64,000 nucleotides of DNA from Candidatus Latescibacterota bacterium. Its GTDB lineage: Bacteria; Latescibacterota; UBA2968. This document shows, one piece after another, positions 56,602-64,000 of the stretch. How positions within the stretch are numbered: position 1 is the stretch's first letter; the number at the start of each line of letters is the position of its first letter. The translations under genes and the position numbers were made by a program. The stretch lies in the NCBI GenBank assembly GCA_965204375.1, contig OZ241986.1:544001-608000 (forward strand), read 5' to 3'. Under the pieces are notes generated by a model. The model had not been told where the DNA came from. It worked only from the letters and a program-made list of their open reading frames with translations, and did not search any database.

Positions 56602-58254
56602 CTAAACGAGTTTTTCCTCTGCAGCTGACCACGTTCCGCATCTGATTTCCAGCATGTGATCCACGGGCGTCGTAAATGTCATCAATACGCGGAAGGCTGT
56701 GGGGGCGGACTCGCTGCCCCGCAACGCCCAGAAGCGGTGGGCATACGCGCCCGGTCCGACGGAAATGGCGTCGTTGCCCGTGTGGTAGGTCGCATATCCA
56801 GATTTGAGAAATGCTACTTCTGCGGCCTGACCACGCACGATGCCGCTGTCAAAATCCAGTTCGCCACCGGGTACAAAATCGCACGCGATTTGAAATGGTA
56901 CGCGGTCATAGCCCTCTGATTTTACGCGCAGATTAAATCCGCTATCTACTTCTTCAATTTCCAATACTGTCGTTAGTGGCGGCAGAGCGTACACATCTCT
57001 TTCTTTTCGCAAATTGTAAAATTCCTCAAAGGCGACTTCGCGTCCCAATGGCAGGTCATAACCGGGTCTGCCGCCATCTGAACTGCGGCTTATGTGCGCC
57101 ATTCTGATTTTGCCATCTACTTCTTCAAAGGTCTCACCTGAAAATTGCGCGATAGAAAAATAACTCGCGCACAGGTTCACCGAGGCCAATTCTACGTCTC
57201 CATGCTTGACGCCAAATGGCGATGTTATACCTGTACCTGCTGTGGCACTCGTTTTTTTGCGCCGCACGCGCCACAATTGAGCGGTTGGATAAACCTTTGC
57301 GTACGATTCGGGCAAAGGCTCGCGTTTGAGGTTATCCACTCGCCATTCGGGATGGGTTAAAAACGGTTCCAGTGCCCACGGCAAACCGCCCGGGGATATG
57401 GAGTATAACCAATCTGCGATTGCTGCATAAAATCCATTGCCATCTCGTCGCGCCATGTTGTAATAACTATCGACCATATTGACCAGTACCACGCGCGTGC
57501 CGTGGTCCTGTCTGCGGGAAAAACTCGTTACAACGGTTCCGTCTGCATGTAACATGTGATAGGACAAATCCAGATTTCGGCGCACGGGTTCCAGAAGTTG
57601 GGGGCGATTGAGGGCGTCGGCAGCCAGTCTCAGCGCGCGATTGCAGACAACATTATACGTGCCTGCGCTGCGCTCGATGTATTCGCCATCGGCATTGTTG
57701 TCTATTGTTTCGGCGAGATAGCTTTCAATGGTGTCCCTTCCGTCCAGATTGGGGAATAATTCCAGCGCCTGGGAAAGCGCGGCGACCAATACCCAGCGGT
57801 GATTCGGCGTGTGGAATCCGCCCGCGATCATGCCCGGTACAGCCGTTTGAATGATTTCACCGAGTACTTCGGCAATCTGTTCTGCGCCGTCATCTCTTGC
57901 TTTGCGAGCCGCGCGAACTACCGGCGCGAGTCCCTCGACCAGAAATCCCGTGTCTGGCGATGAGTCAAAATTAGTTGTAATAAGATCAAAGCATCCACTC
58001 TCCCGGCGAATCTTTCGCGCGAAGGCCGCGCCAGCGAGAATGCGTGCCAGAATTTCTTCGCTTTGATAATATCGACTTCCCTCCAGAAGATAGGCATAGC
58101 CCAGGGTGGATACCGCGCTCACATTTGTGGCACCCGCGATCCCGTCGCTAATAAACCCACCGTAATCTTCCCGTTCCACATCCATCACCTGACGAGGTAA
58201 AATGGCTTCTATCTGTTCATTCAGTTTTTCCAACAGTGCTTCGTATTTTAGCAT
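56602..58254 (-). CDS. Hypothetical protein, possibly a helical-toroid (heparinase-like) enzyme
   Basis: 550-aa ORF with GGFHTPNHRW and EYIERSAGTYN; fold is a guess. Confidence 0.6.
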   Translation of the reverse strand: MLKYEALLEKLNEQIEAILPRQVMDVEREDYGGFISDGIAGATNVSAVSTLGYAYLLEGSRYYQSEEILARILAGAAFARKIRRESGCFDLITTNFDSSPDTGFLVEGLAPVVRAARKARDDGAEQIAEVLGEIIQTAVPGMIAGGFHTPNHRWVLVAALSQALELFPNLDGRDTIESYLAETIDNNADGEYIERSAGTYNVVCNRALRLAADALNRPQLLEPVRRNLDLSYHMLHADGTVVTSFSRRQDHGTRVVLVNMVDSYYNMARRDGNGFYAAIADWLYSISPGGLPWALEPFLTHPEWRVDNLKREPLPESYAKVYPTAQLWRVRRKKTSATAGTGITSPFGVKHGDVELASVNLCASYFSIAQFSGETFEEVDGKIRMAHISRSSDGGRPGYDLPLGREVAFEEFYNLRKERDVYALPPLTTVLEIEEVDSGFNLRVKSEGYDRVPFQIACDFVPGGELDFDSGIVRGQAAEVAFLKSGYATYHTGNDAISVGPGAYAHRFWALRGSESAPTAFRVLMTFTTPVDHMLEIRCGTWSAAEEKLV

Positions 58255-58359
58255 GCATAACCCCTATGAGTAAACGACTACCGGCAAACCGAAGACCTGC
58301 CCAATATATCCCCAATTTGCCCGTATTTCAAGAGAAGTCGTTTCCCACAGGGGCCTTGT

Positions 58360-59004
58360 TCAATGCAAACTGAAACGGATGGGAATGGTCATACGTACCG
58401 CAATTGCTCTGTCATTTTGCATGGCTGGCTCGAACAGAAATTGCCTGACCGCCTCTATGGCTGCAGCGCGGAAAATCTCGGGGCCTTTTAAGACTCGCGG
58501 TTCGGTCACACGCCCTTCACGAGTCACTATAAACGCCACAATCACCTGGCCCTGCAGACCCGCTCTGCGAGCCATCTCTGGATAAACTGGATTTACGAAC
58601 TTGATCAACTCGGGTTTTTGTTCCACGACCCAAAATTCCAGAATTTCTTCCTCTACTTCCACATCGTTTTTCCGCAGCGGGGGTGGGATATCGACGACAG
58701 GTGCATCAAGATCCAGTTCTGTATCGGCAATGGTCACATCATCGGGCACGTCTTCGTCTTCTGTTTCAATGGGTACGGAGGGTCTTGGCAGAGGCGGCAA
58801 TCGCTTCTTCTGATGTGTCTCGGGAATATCTTCAACCTTAAGGACCTCAATAACTTTTTTGGTCGATTTAGAATCGATCTTCATATCTGGAAACAAAATG
58901 GCCAATCCGACCATCAGAAACAGCGTCAATGAAGTAGAATGTCTCATGACCTTTGGATAAATTGCTTTCAAATCGGCATCTGCATGTTTTTTGCGAATCA
59001 TCAT
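58360..59004 (-). CDS. tonB: Energy transducer TonB
   Basis: N-terminal TM, Pro-rich linker, PVYPEMARRAGLQG...FEPAMQN...IPIRF. Confidence 0.92.
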   Translation of the reverse strand: MMIRKKHADADLKAIYPKVMRHSTSLTLFLMVGLAILFPDMKIDSKSTKKVIEVLKVEDIPETHQKKRLPPLPRPSVPIETEDEDVPDDVTIADTELDLDAPVVDIPPPLRKNDVEVEEEILEFWVVEQKPELIKFVNPVYPEMARRAGLQGQVIVAFIVTREGRVTEPRVLKGPEIFRAAAIEAVRQFLFEPAMQNDRAIAVRMTIPIRFSLH

Positions 59005-59020
59005 TTCCTCCTTCTTAAAG

Positions 59021-59036
59021 TATTAAAATTTTAATA
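59021..59036. promoter_or_regulatory. Putative BlaI operator upstream of tonB
   Basis: Perfect palindrome TATTAAAATTTTAATA; near-copies at 61496-61511 and 61550-61565. Confidence 0.65.
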
Positions 59037-59070
59037 GTTCATTTCAAAAAAATATCTGACTCAGCCTGAT

Positions 59071-61098
59071 CTATCCCCCCTTTCGCAGGCCTTCAAGACT
59101 AAAGGTGTGAGCCAGCACATCGAGCTGTCGCATCTGAAGTGCCTTTGTGCGGTTAGGTGCATAAATCCCCATATTGATTAAAAAGAAACGATTCTGAGCG
59201 ACATCAAAGAGTGCATAACTCTTAAACGGTCCACCTTGCCACGCGCGTGTATTTTCCCACAGTCCTTCCAGGCAGACGGCCAATTTACCCAGAAATTCCG
59301 TCTGGTAAATATTTACCTCCCCAGATGATGTTTGATCGCCGCCATAAAAACGGCTCGATACTTCGTCCCACTTTTGCAAACACCAATCCGGTGTCAATTG
59401 ATCGGGATGTACACCGTCTTCCCAATATACCCACAACCACAATTGTCGCCGATCTACCTGACGCGCCAGTGCCACAAAGTTCTCACTTGCATACTCATCC
59501 ATCACTTCATATCCTACCGGCACCCGCATGCGCCAGCCAAATTGCCGTGATAGGGCTTCAGAATGCTCAATGTTTTCTCCAGCGTGATACAGAATGGTTT
59601 CGAGCCATTTTGCCATAGATGCCTCAATCGCCGATACAATGCGGTCGCCGTTGAGCGCGACTTGTTCAGCCACACTTTGATCATCTGCGGCGTGGACGGC
59701 TACAACTATCTGATCTGATGCCCACACATTGCGGTGAATCACTGTCTCATTTTTGGATCGTCCGGTAAACAGCGGCTGCAAGTCCGTCGCCAGAATACCA
59801 TTTGCAGATGAAACAAGGATCAAATTGCGGTAAGCCCGAAAATCCCGAAACGCTTCAGGAGAAACATATACGAGATCAAACACATACTCGGGTTGCGGCG
59901 TCAACACCGGATCTAATAGTAAATCTTCCAATACTGGTTTTAACTCTTCTCGGGTGGCTCCATCGGCCACAACCACAATTTTACTGGTTAGCCCAATGCC
60001 CCGGGGTAGTGGATTGCCGATAAGCACATCTGCCAGAGGTTTGCTCCACCGGGCAATTTTCAAATGGGCTTCGGCTCGACCGGGCACATCAATGAGAGGA
60101 CCGATTTTTATAGCAATGACACAGGCAAATAGGAATATCGCGAGCCAGATGGCACTGTGCGACAGCGATGGGCGGCGCTGACTGAGCAGATATTCAAAGC
60201 GCTTTACCAGATTCGGATGGCGATTTATAATGCCCAATCCTATTGGGCGCACCCTGCCAATCATCTCTGTCAGGCGCGTCAGACAGATCGCATAATCACG
60301 TGCATTGTGACTGTAATGCACGGCGTAATCATCGCAGGCCATTTCTCGCGTTAGTGACAGTTGCCGACTCAGCCACCAGATGCCCGGATTGCACCATAAA
60401 AAAACTTCTGCGAGGCGCTGCACCAGAATGCCGAGAGCATCTCGGCGTTGAACATGCGCAATTTCATGCTTGAGAATTTGCTCCAGTTCGGGTGCTGACA
60501 GTTGCGGTATGAGATATTGCGGTATGAGTACGACCTGGCGAAAAATACCCAGTACTGCGGGGCTGGCAACAGCATCTGAAATTCGCAAACCAACATCCAC
60601 TGAGCCAATCCATCTGCGTTTGTACCGCTCAAACAGAGCCTGAAGATCTTTTCCCGCCCACTTTCCAGATCGCTTCAACCGCAGCATCTGGCAATATCCC
60701 CGTGCTATGCGCCCGAGCATTGCACTGGCAACGGCCAGCCATAAAATCCAGACGACAATCGGCCAGGAAGATGTGCCGTGGCTCGACCGGGGTTTCACAG
60801 GCGTTGCAATTTGTGGTTGTGATGCCTCACTGGCGAGATTGGTATCCGGGACTCTATTTGGGGGAATCATTGCATTCGGTTTATCTGCGGCCTCGTATGG
60901 TGCAGGTGTGACGAGAAACAGAGGCATAACCACCACACCAATCACGGCGACCCATAACAGGCGGTGCAACAAAGACGCAGGCACGCGCAAACGCGAGAGC
61001 ACTGCCACGATCATTGCAGCCAAAAATCCCATCCAGATCCCATTCAGCAGGTAAAACACGCTGAGCCGGGCAATGGTATCAATCCATTCGCCCATCAT
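59071..61098 (-). CDS. BlaR1-type M56 metallopeptidase fused to a DUF4837-like periplasmic domain
   Basis: HEIAHVQRRD, WCNP, REMACD; C-terminal LTPQPE...NVWASDQ...EGLWE...GGPF...YAP. Confidence 0.85.
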   Translation of the reverse strand: MMGEWIDTIARLSVFYLLNGIWMGFLAAMIVAVLSRLRVPASLLHRLLWVAVIGVVVMPLFLVTPAPYEAADKPNAMIPPNRVPDTNLASEASQPQIATPVKPRSSHGTSSWPIVVWILWLAVASAMLGRIARGYCQMLRLKRSGKWAGKDLQALFERYKRRWIGSVDVGLRISDAVASPAVLGIFRQVVLIPQYLIPQLSAPELEQILKHEIAHVQRRDALGILVQRLAEVFLWCNPGIWWLSRQLSLTREMACDDYAVHYSHNARDYAICLTRLTEMIGRVRPIGLGIINRHPNLVKRFEYLLSQRRPSLSHSAIWLAIFLFACVIAIKIGPLIDVPGRAEAHLKIARWSKPLADVLIGNPLPRGIGLTSKIVVVADGATREELKPVLEDLLLDPVLTPQPEYVFDLVYVSPEAFRDFRAYRNLILVSSANGILATDLQPLFTGRSKNETVIHRNVWASDQIVVAVHAADDQSVAEQVALNGDRIVSAIEASMAKWLETILYHAGENIEHSEALSRQFGWRMRVPVGYEVMDEYASENFVALARQVDRRQLWLWVYWEDGVHPDQLTPDWCLQKWDEVSSRFYGGDQTSSGEVNIYQTEFLGKLAVCLEGLWENTRAWQGGPFKSYALFDVAQNRFFLINMGIYAPNRTKALQMRQLDVLAHTFSLEGLRKGG

Positions 61099-61484
61099 GT
61101 TTCATCCTCCTCTGCCTTCTGAATCATTTTGTGAATGCGGGCGAGGTCTTGTGCATCGAGTTCTTCATTTTCCACCAGATTGAGTACCAGCGTTTCTGGC
61201 GAATTGTCGAAAAAACGACTCATCATATACTGAATGGCGCTTCGTTGTGCATCCTCTCGCCCCACGATTGGATAATACACAAATGCCCTGCCTTCTTTTT
61301 CATGTCGCAAATACCCTTTCTGTTCCAGAATGCGCAATATTGTCAATACCGTGCTATACGCCGGAGCTTCACGTCCAGCGAGTGTATTGACAACCTCGCT
61401 CACTGTAGCCGAGCCGCGATCCCAAATCACCTGCATCAATCTCAGTTCGGCATCTGTCAGAGTAGGGGATCTTCGTCTGCCCAT
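61095..61484 (-). CDS. BlaI/MecI/CopY family repressor
   Basis: LTDAELRLMQVIW, YSTVLTILRILEQKG, GRAFVY. Confidence 0.95.
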   Translation of the reverse strand: MGRRRSPTLTDAELRLMQVIWDRGSATVSEVVNTLAGREAPAYSTVLTILRILEQKGYLRHEKEGRAFVYYPIVGREDAQRSAIQYMMSRFFDNSPETLVLNLVENEELDAQDLARIHKMIQKAEEDET

Positions 61485-61495
61485 ATAGCCCTCAC

Positions 61496-61565
61496 TATTA
61501 AAAATTTAATACTTCGAAAATAAATATGGACAAAAAGAAAGAGAGTGTCAATTAAAAAATTAATA
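61496..61565 (-). promoter_or_regulatory. Promoter of the BlaI-like gene flanked by two palindromic operators
   Basis: TTGACA(61546-51)-17bp-CATATT(61523-28); TATTAAAAATTTAATA and AATTAAAAAATTAATA on either side. Confidence 0.65.
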
Positions 61566-61665
61566 GTTCAACGTAAAAAGAGATAGACTGGAAGTAGCAA
61601 GCCTTGAGATCGATCAAAATGCCCGTGCGTTGCACACAAACAGAGACGCCCCCAGTCTCCGCCTT

Positions 61666-61727
61666 TAATCCGTGTCATCCTTTAATCCGTATCATCCGCG
61701 ATCCGCCTTTCATCTGGTTCATCTGCG
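61666..61727. repeat. Short-period (~9-nt) degenerate tandem repeat
   Basis: TAATCCGTG TCATCCTT TAATCCGTA TCATCCGCG ... TCATCTGGT TCATCTGCG. Confidence 0.65.
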
Positions 61728-61776
61728 AAAAACGCTCAAATTACTCGCGTTTTTTTCTGCGGATGCTTTTTGCCTC

Positions 61777-62757
61777 TCACTTGAACTTCAAGGGCTTGCC
61801 TTCGCGGGCGGATTGATAGACCGCTTCGAGGAGTGCTACTGTGCGGCGGCCTTCGCGTCCATCTACGGATAGGGGCGTTCCTCTGGTTACGGCATTTACC
61901 ACATCTTCGACAATGCTGTGGACGTTATTTTCGACGCTGTCGAGTTTTTCCTGAAGCCCTGTGCCGTAAACCGTCATTTCGCCATTTAAAACATCGTGTA
62001 GCAATATGCCGCCTTCTGTTCCGTGTACCTCGGCACTGAAATACACACTCTGGGGAAAGGTCGTGGTGCCCAGAATTGTGCCTTTTGCCCCGTTCTCAAA
62101 ATTCAGGATTGCCAGCCCGATGTCTTCGGTTTCAATCTCGTGATTTACTATGTCGATTTCACCGTACACGGAAACCGGGTCGCCCATAAACCAGCTCAAT
62201 ACGTCGAGCAGATGCGCGCCCTGGTTGGCCAATGAGCCACCGCCATCCATAGCCCACGTTCCGCGCCAACCATCGTCGTGCAAAAAATAGTCGTCAGATC
62301 GATACCACTTAAAACGCACTTCACCCAATATCATCTCGCCAAGCCAGCCTTCCCGAATCGCGGTTGCCACCTTGACATTGCCATCCACGTATCGGCTTTG
62401 ATAATCCACACCGCACAACACGCCGGCATCTTCACAAGCTGCAATGAGCCGATCACACGCTTCGGTGCTCACATCCATGGGCTTGGTGGTAATCACATGC
62501 TTGCCCGCTTTTGCCGCTTCAATTCCAACCTGGGCATGTTTGCCGCTTGGCGTCATCACCATCACGACATCCACATCATCTCGCGCAAACACATGTTCCA
62601 TATTTACAACACAATCTGTCTCCAATTCCTGTGCCACTTCCTCGGCCAGATCGCCGTGCAGATCGCACACGACCTTTAAATCTGCACCAGTAGTATCTTT
62701 AATCAGCCGCGCTCTGTTGCGCCCCATGCCCAGGCCAATAACGCCAAAACCAACCAT
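61777..62757 (-). CDS. Gfo/Idh/MocA family oxidoreductase
   Basis: FGVIGLGMG, TPSGKH, AGKHV, WRGTWAMDGGGSLANQGAH. Confidence 0.92.
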   Translation of the reverse strand: MVGFGVIGLGMGRNRARLIKDTTGADLKVVCDLHGDLAEEVAQELETDCVVNMEHVFARDDVDVVMVMTPSGKHAQVGIEAAKAGKHVITTKPMDVSTEACDRLIAACEDAGVLCGVDYQSRYVDGNVKVATAIREGWLGEMILGEVRFKWYRSDDYFLHDDGWRGTWAMDGGGSLANQGAHLLDVLSWFMGDPVSVYGEIDIVNHEIETEDIGLAILNFENGAKGTILGTTTFPQSVYFSAEVHGTEGGILLHDVLNGEMTVYGTGLQEKLDSVENNVHSIVEDVVNAVTRGTPLSVDGREGRRTVALLEAVYQSAREGKPLKFK

Positions 62758-62775
62758 ATTATCCTCCTATACTCT

Positions 62776-63783
62776 TTATGCACAATCGGGATGGCCTTCC
62801 GTCCACCGCCCGAAGGGAACATCGGTCTGTCCGGCCTGATTGATTTTCGACATTGCCTTTCGAGTGTCTAACCACATTTGGGTCCACACTTTTGCATCTC
62901 TCAATTCGCGCTCTGGATGTTTGCGGCTGCGCGCGACAAAGCCCGGAAATGCCTCGCGGCCAGTCGTCTGACCGATGGGGTTATAACGCAGATCAAAGCT
63001 CCAGCGGATGTTATCGCTCACATTGGGTAGCGATCCGTGTACTGTGCATTTGGGAAGAAAAATGACATCTCCCCGTTTGACCGGTAGCGGTATCATGCGT
63101 TCGGATTCAAATAGCGTTTCGGGTATTTGCCGTCCGCCCGCTGTTTTGGGTCCATTCCCAAAATACGATGGGCAATGTGTCAAAAGCCCGTTTTTGTGGC
63201 TGCCGGGCACGACTTTTAGAGGACCTTGTTCAATATCGACGTCTTCGAGTGCAAACCACACGGTCAACATATTTGTCTCATCTGCTTCTGGTACAACCAC
63301 GCCCTGATCCTGGTGCCAGATCGTTTCTCCCAAAATCGGATTTCCAAACTGGTTTTTGGGCAAAATATGCTCGGGCGGTTTAATCCGCACATGTTGAACG
63401 GGATTCGAGTATATTTCTGGACCGATGAGCGATTCCACACAATCGAGTAGGGATTCAGCCGTGAAGGCATTGAGAACAGCTTGTCCCGCCCAGAAAGGTG
63501 TGTCGGGCTTTACATTTTGAAATGGCAGCGAAAAATCGAAATACTGTTTGTGTACATCGCCTGTTTCAATACAGACTGCGATGAACCGCTCGGCAAAATC
63601 GAGGTCTTCGAACAAGGAAGAAATTTCTTCTCGTTCGTAAAGATCGCGCACTAAGGTGTCGAGTACATCTGTGTACTCTTCAATCACGGGATCCAACACG
63701 GTTTTTGGATCCAACACGCCCTCCACCACCAGATAGCCTTCTTCTTCAAACTGGGCGGTCTGCTCGGCAGTTAGGCAACCCAT
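62776..63783 (-). CDS. Phytanoyl-CoA dioxygenase (PhyH) family 2OG-Fe(II) oxygenase
   Basis: FEEEGYL, WHQD, VVPGSH, HGSLPN...RWS. Confidence 0.92.
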   Translation of the reverse strand: MGCLTAEQTAQFEEEGYLVVEGVLDPKTVLDPVIEEYTDVLDTLVRDLYEREEISSLFEDLDFAERFIAVCIETGDVHKQYFDFSLPFQNVKPDTPFWAGQAVLNAFTAESLLDCVESLIGPEIYSNPVQHVRIKPPEHILPKNQFGNPILGETIWHQDQGVVVPEADETNMLTVWFALEDVDIEQGPLKVVPGSHKNGLLTHCPSYFGNGPKTAGGRQIPETLFESERMIPLPVKRGDVIFLPKCTVHGSLPNVSDNIRWSFDLRYNPIGQTTGREAFPGFVARSRKHPERELRDAKVWTQMWLDTRKAMSKINQAGQTDVPFGRWTEGHPDCA

Positions 63784-63823
63784 GGTATTTCCTCCTTTTT
63801 GTGGGATGTTTAGCGATCAGTTT

Positions 63824-64000
63824 TTACTGTAAATCTATTTCGGAGCCCCAGGCGCTATTGTTCTGCTGTGAATTTTTCGGCAAAATCAGCGTTAGCGCAC
63901 TGGGCATAATTTCAAATACCAGTTCTTTTGGCCCTTTTTCAACTTCGCCATCAAATTGAAACCAATCGCTTTTCTCGCGCGTGATATGGACTTTTTGGGC
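63824..64000 (-). CDS. C-terminal fragment of a diacylglycerol-kinase (YegS) family lipid kinase; 5' part outside the window
   Basis: Manual translation ...VHITREKSDWFQFDGEVEKGPKELVFEIMPSALTLILP...; DGE motif and typical terminal strand. Confidence 0.65.
   Translation of the reverse strand, partial: AQKVHITREKSDWFQFDGEVEKGPKELVFEIMPSALTLILPKNSQQNNSAWGSEIDLQ

Noticed and set aside
59071-61484. blaR1/blaI as a beta-lactam resistance locus
   Set aside because: No beta-lactamase or PBP gene nearby, and no penicillin-binding sensor domain.

Overview
Bacterial chromosomal window. The gene content (GWxTD protein, DUF6785-type membrane protein, TonB receptor/PorV locus, several Gfo/Idh/MocA genes and a PhyH gene) suggests an uncultured FCB-group organism such as Latescibacterota; this is an inference. 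The left part (1-21.7 kb) is a GC-rich, minus-strand catabolic/uptake locus next to a FadR-type regulator: TonB receptor, T9SS-like cargo, PorV, SDR, M20 peptidase, sugar ABC transporter and a TPR/FG-GAP protein. The middle holds CocE, GWxTD, BNR, an orphan ABC binding protein, a redoxin/Cu-monooxygenase, parB-parA, an orphan adenine methyltransferase whose restriction gene is deleted, an AAA-ATPase cassette flanked by duplicated ppdK 3' ends, ppdK, HlyD and tRNA-Lys. The sulfur genes cysH and cysM-mec-cysO-rrf2-cysK are separated by a mostly AT-rich accessory island (~42.4-51.9 kb). Its core is a tightly coupled five-gene operon: dynamin-like GTPase, small membrane protein, HerA/FtsK-type ATPase, WHH/HNH nuclease and SMI1/KNR4 immunity protein. 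This operon is the best candidate for an undescribed conflict system (toxin export or anti-phage). The right end has rpsT, a BlaI/BlaR1/TonB module with visible operators, and oxidoreductase genes. A candidate ~85-nt sRNA lies at 20.8 kb.
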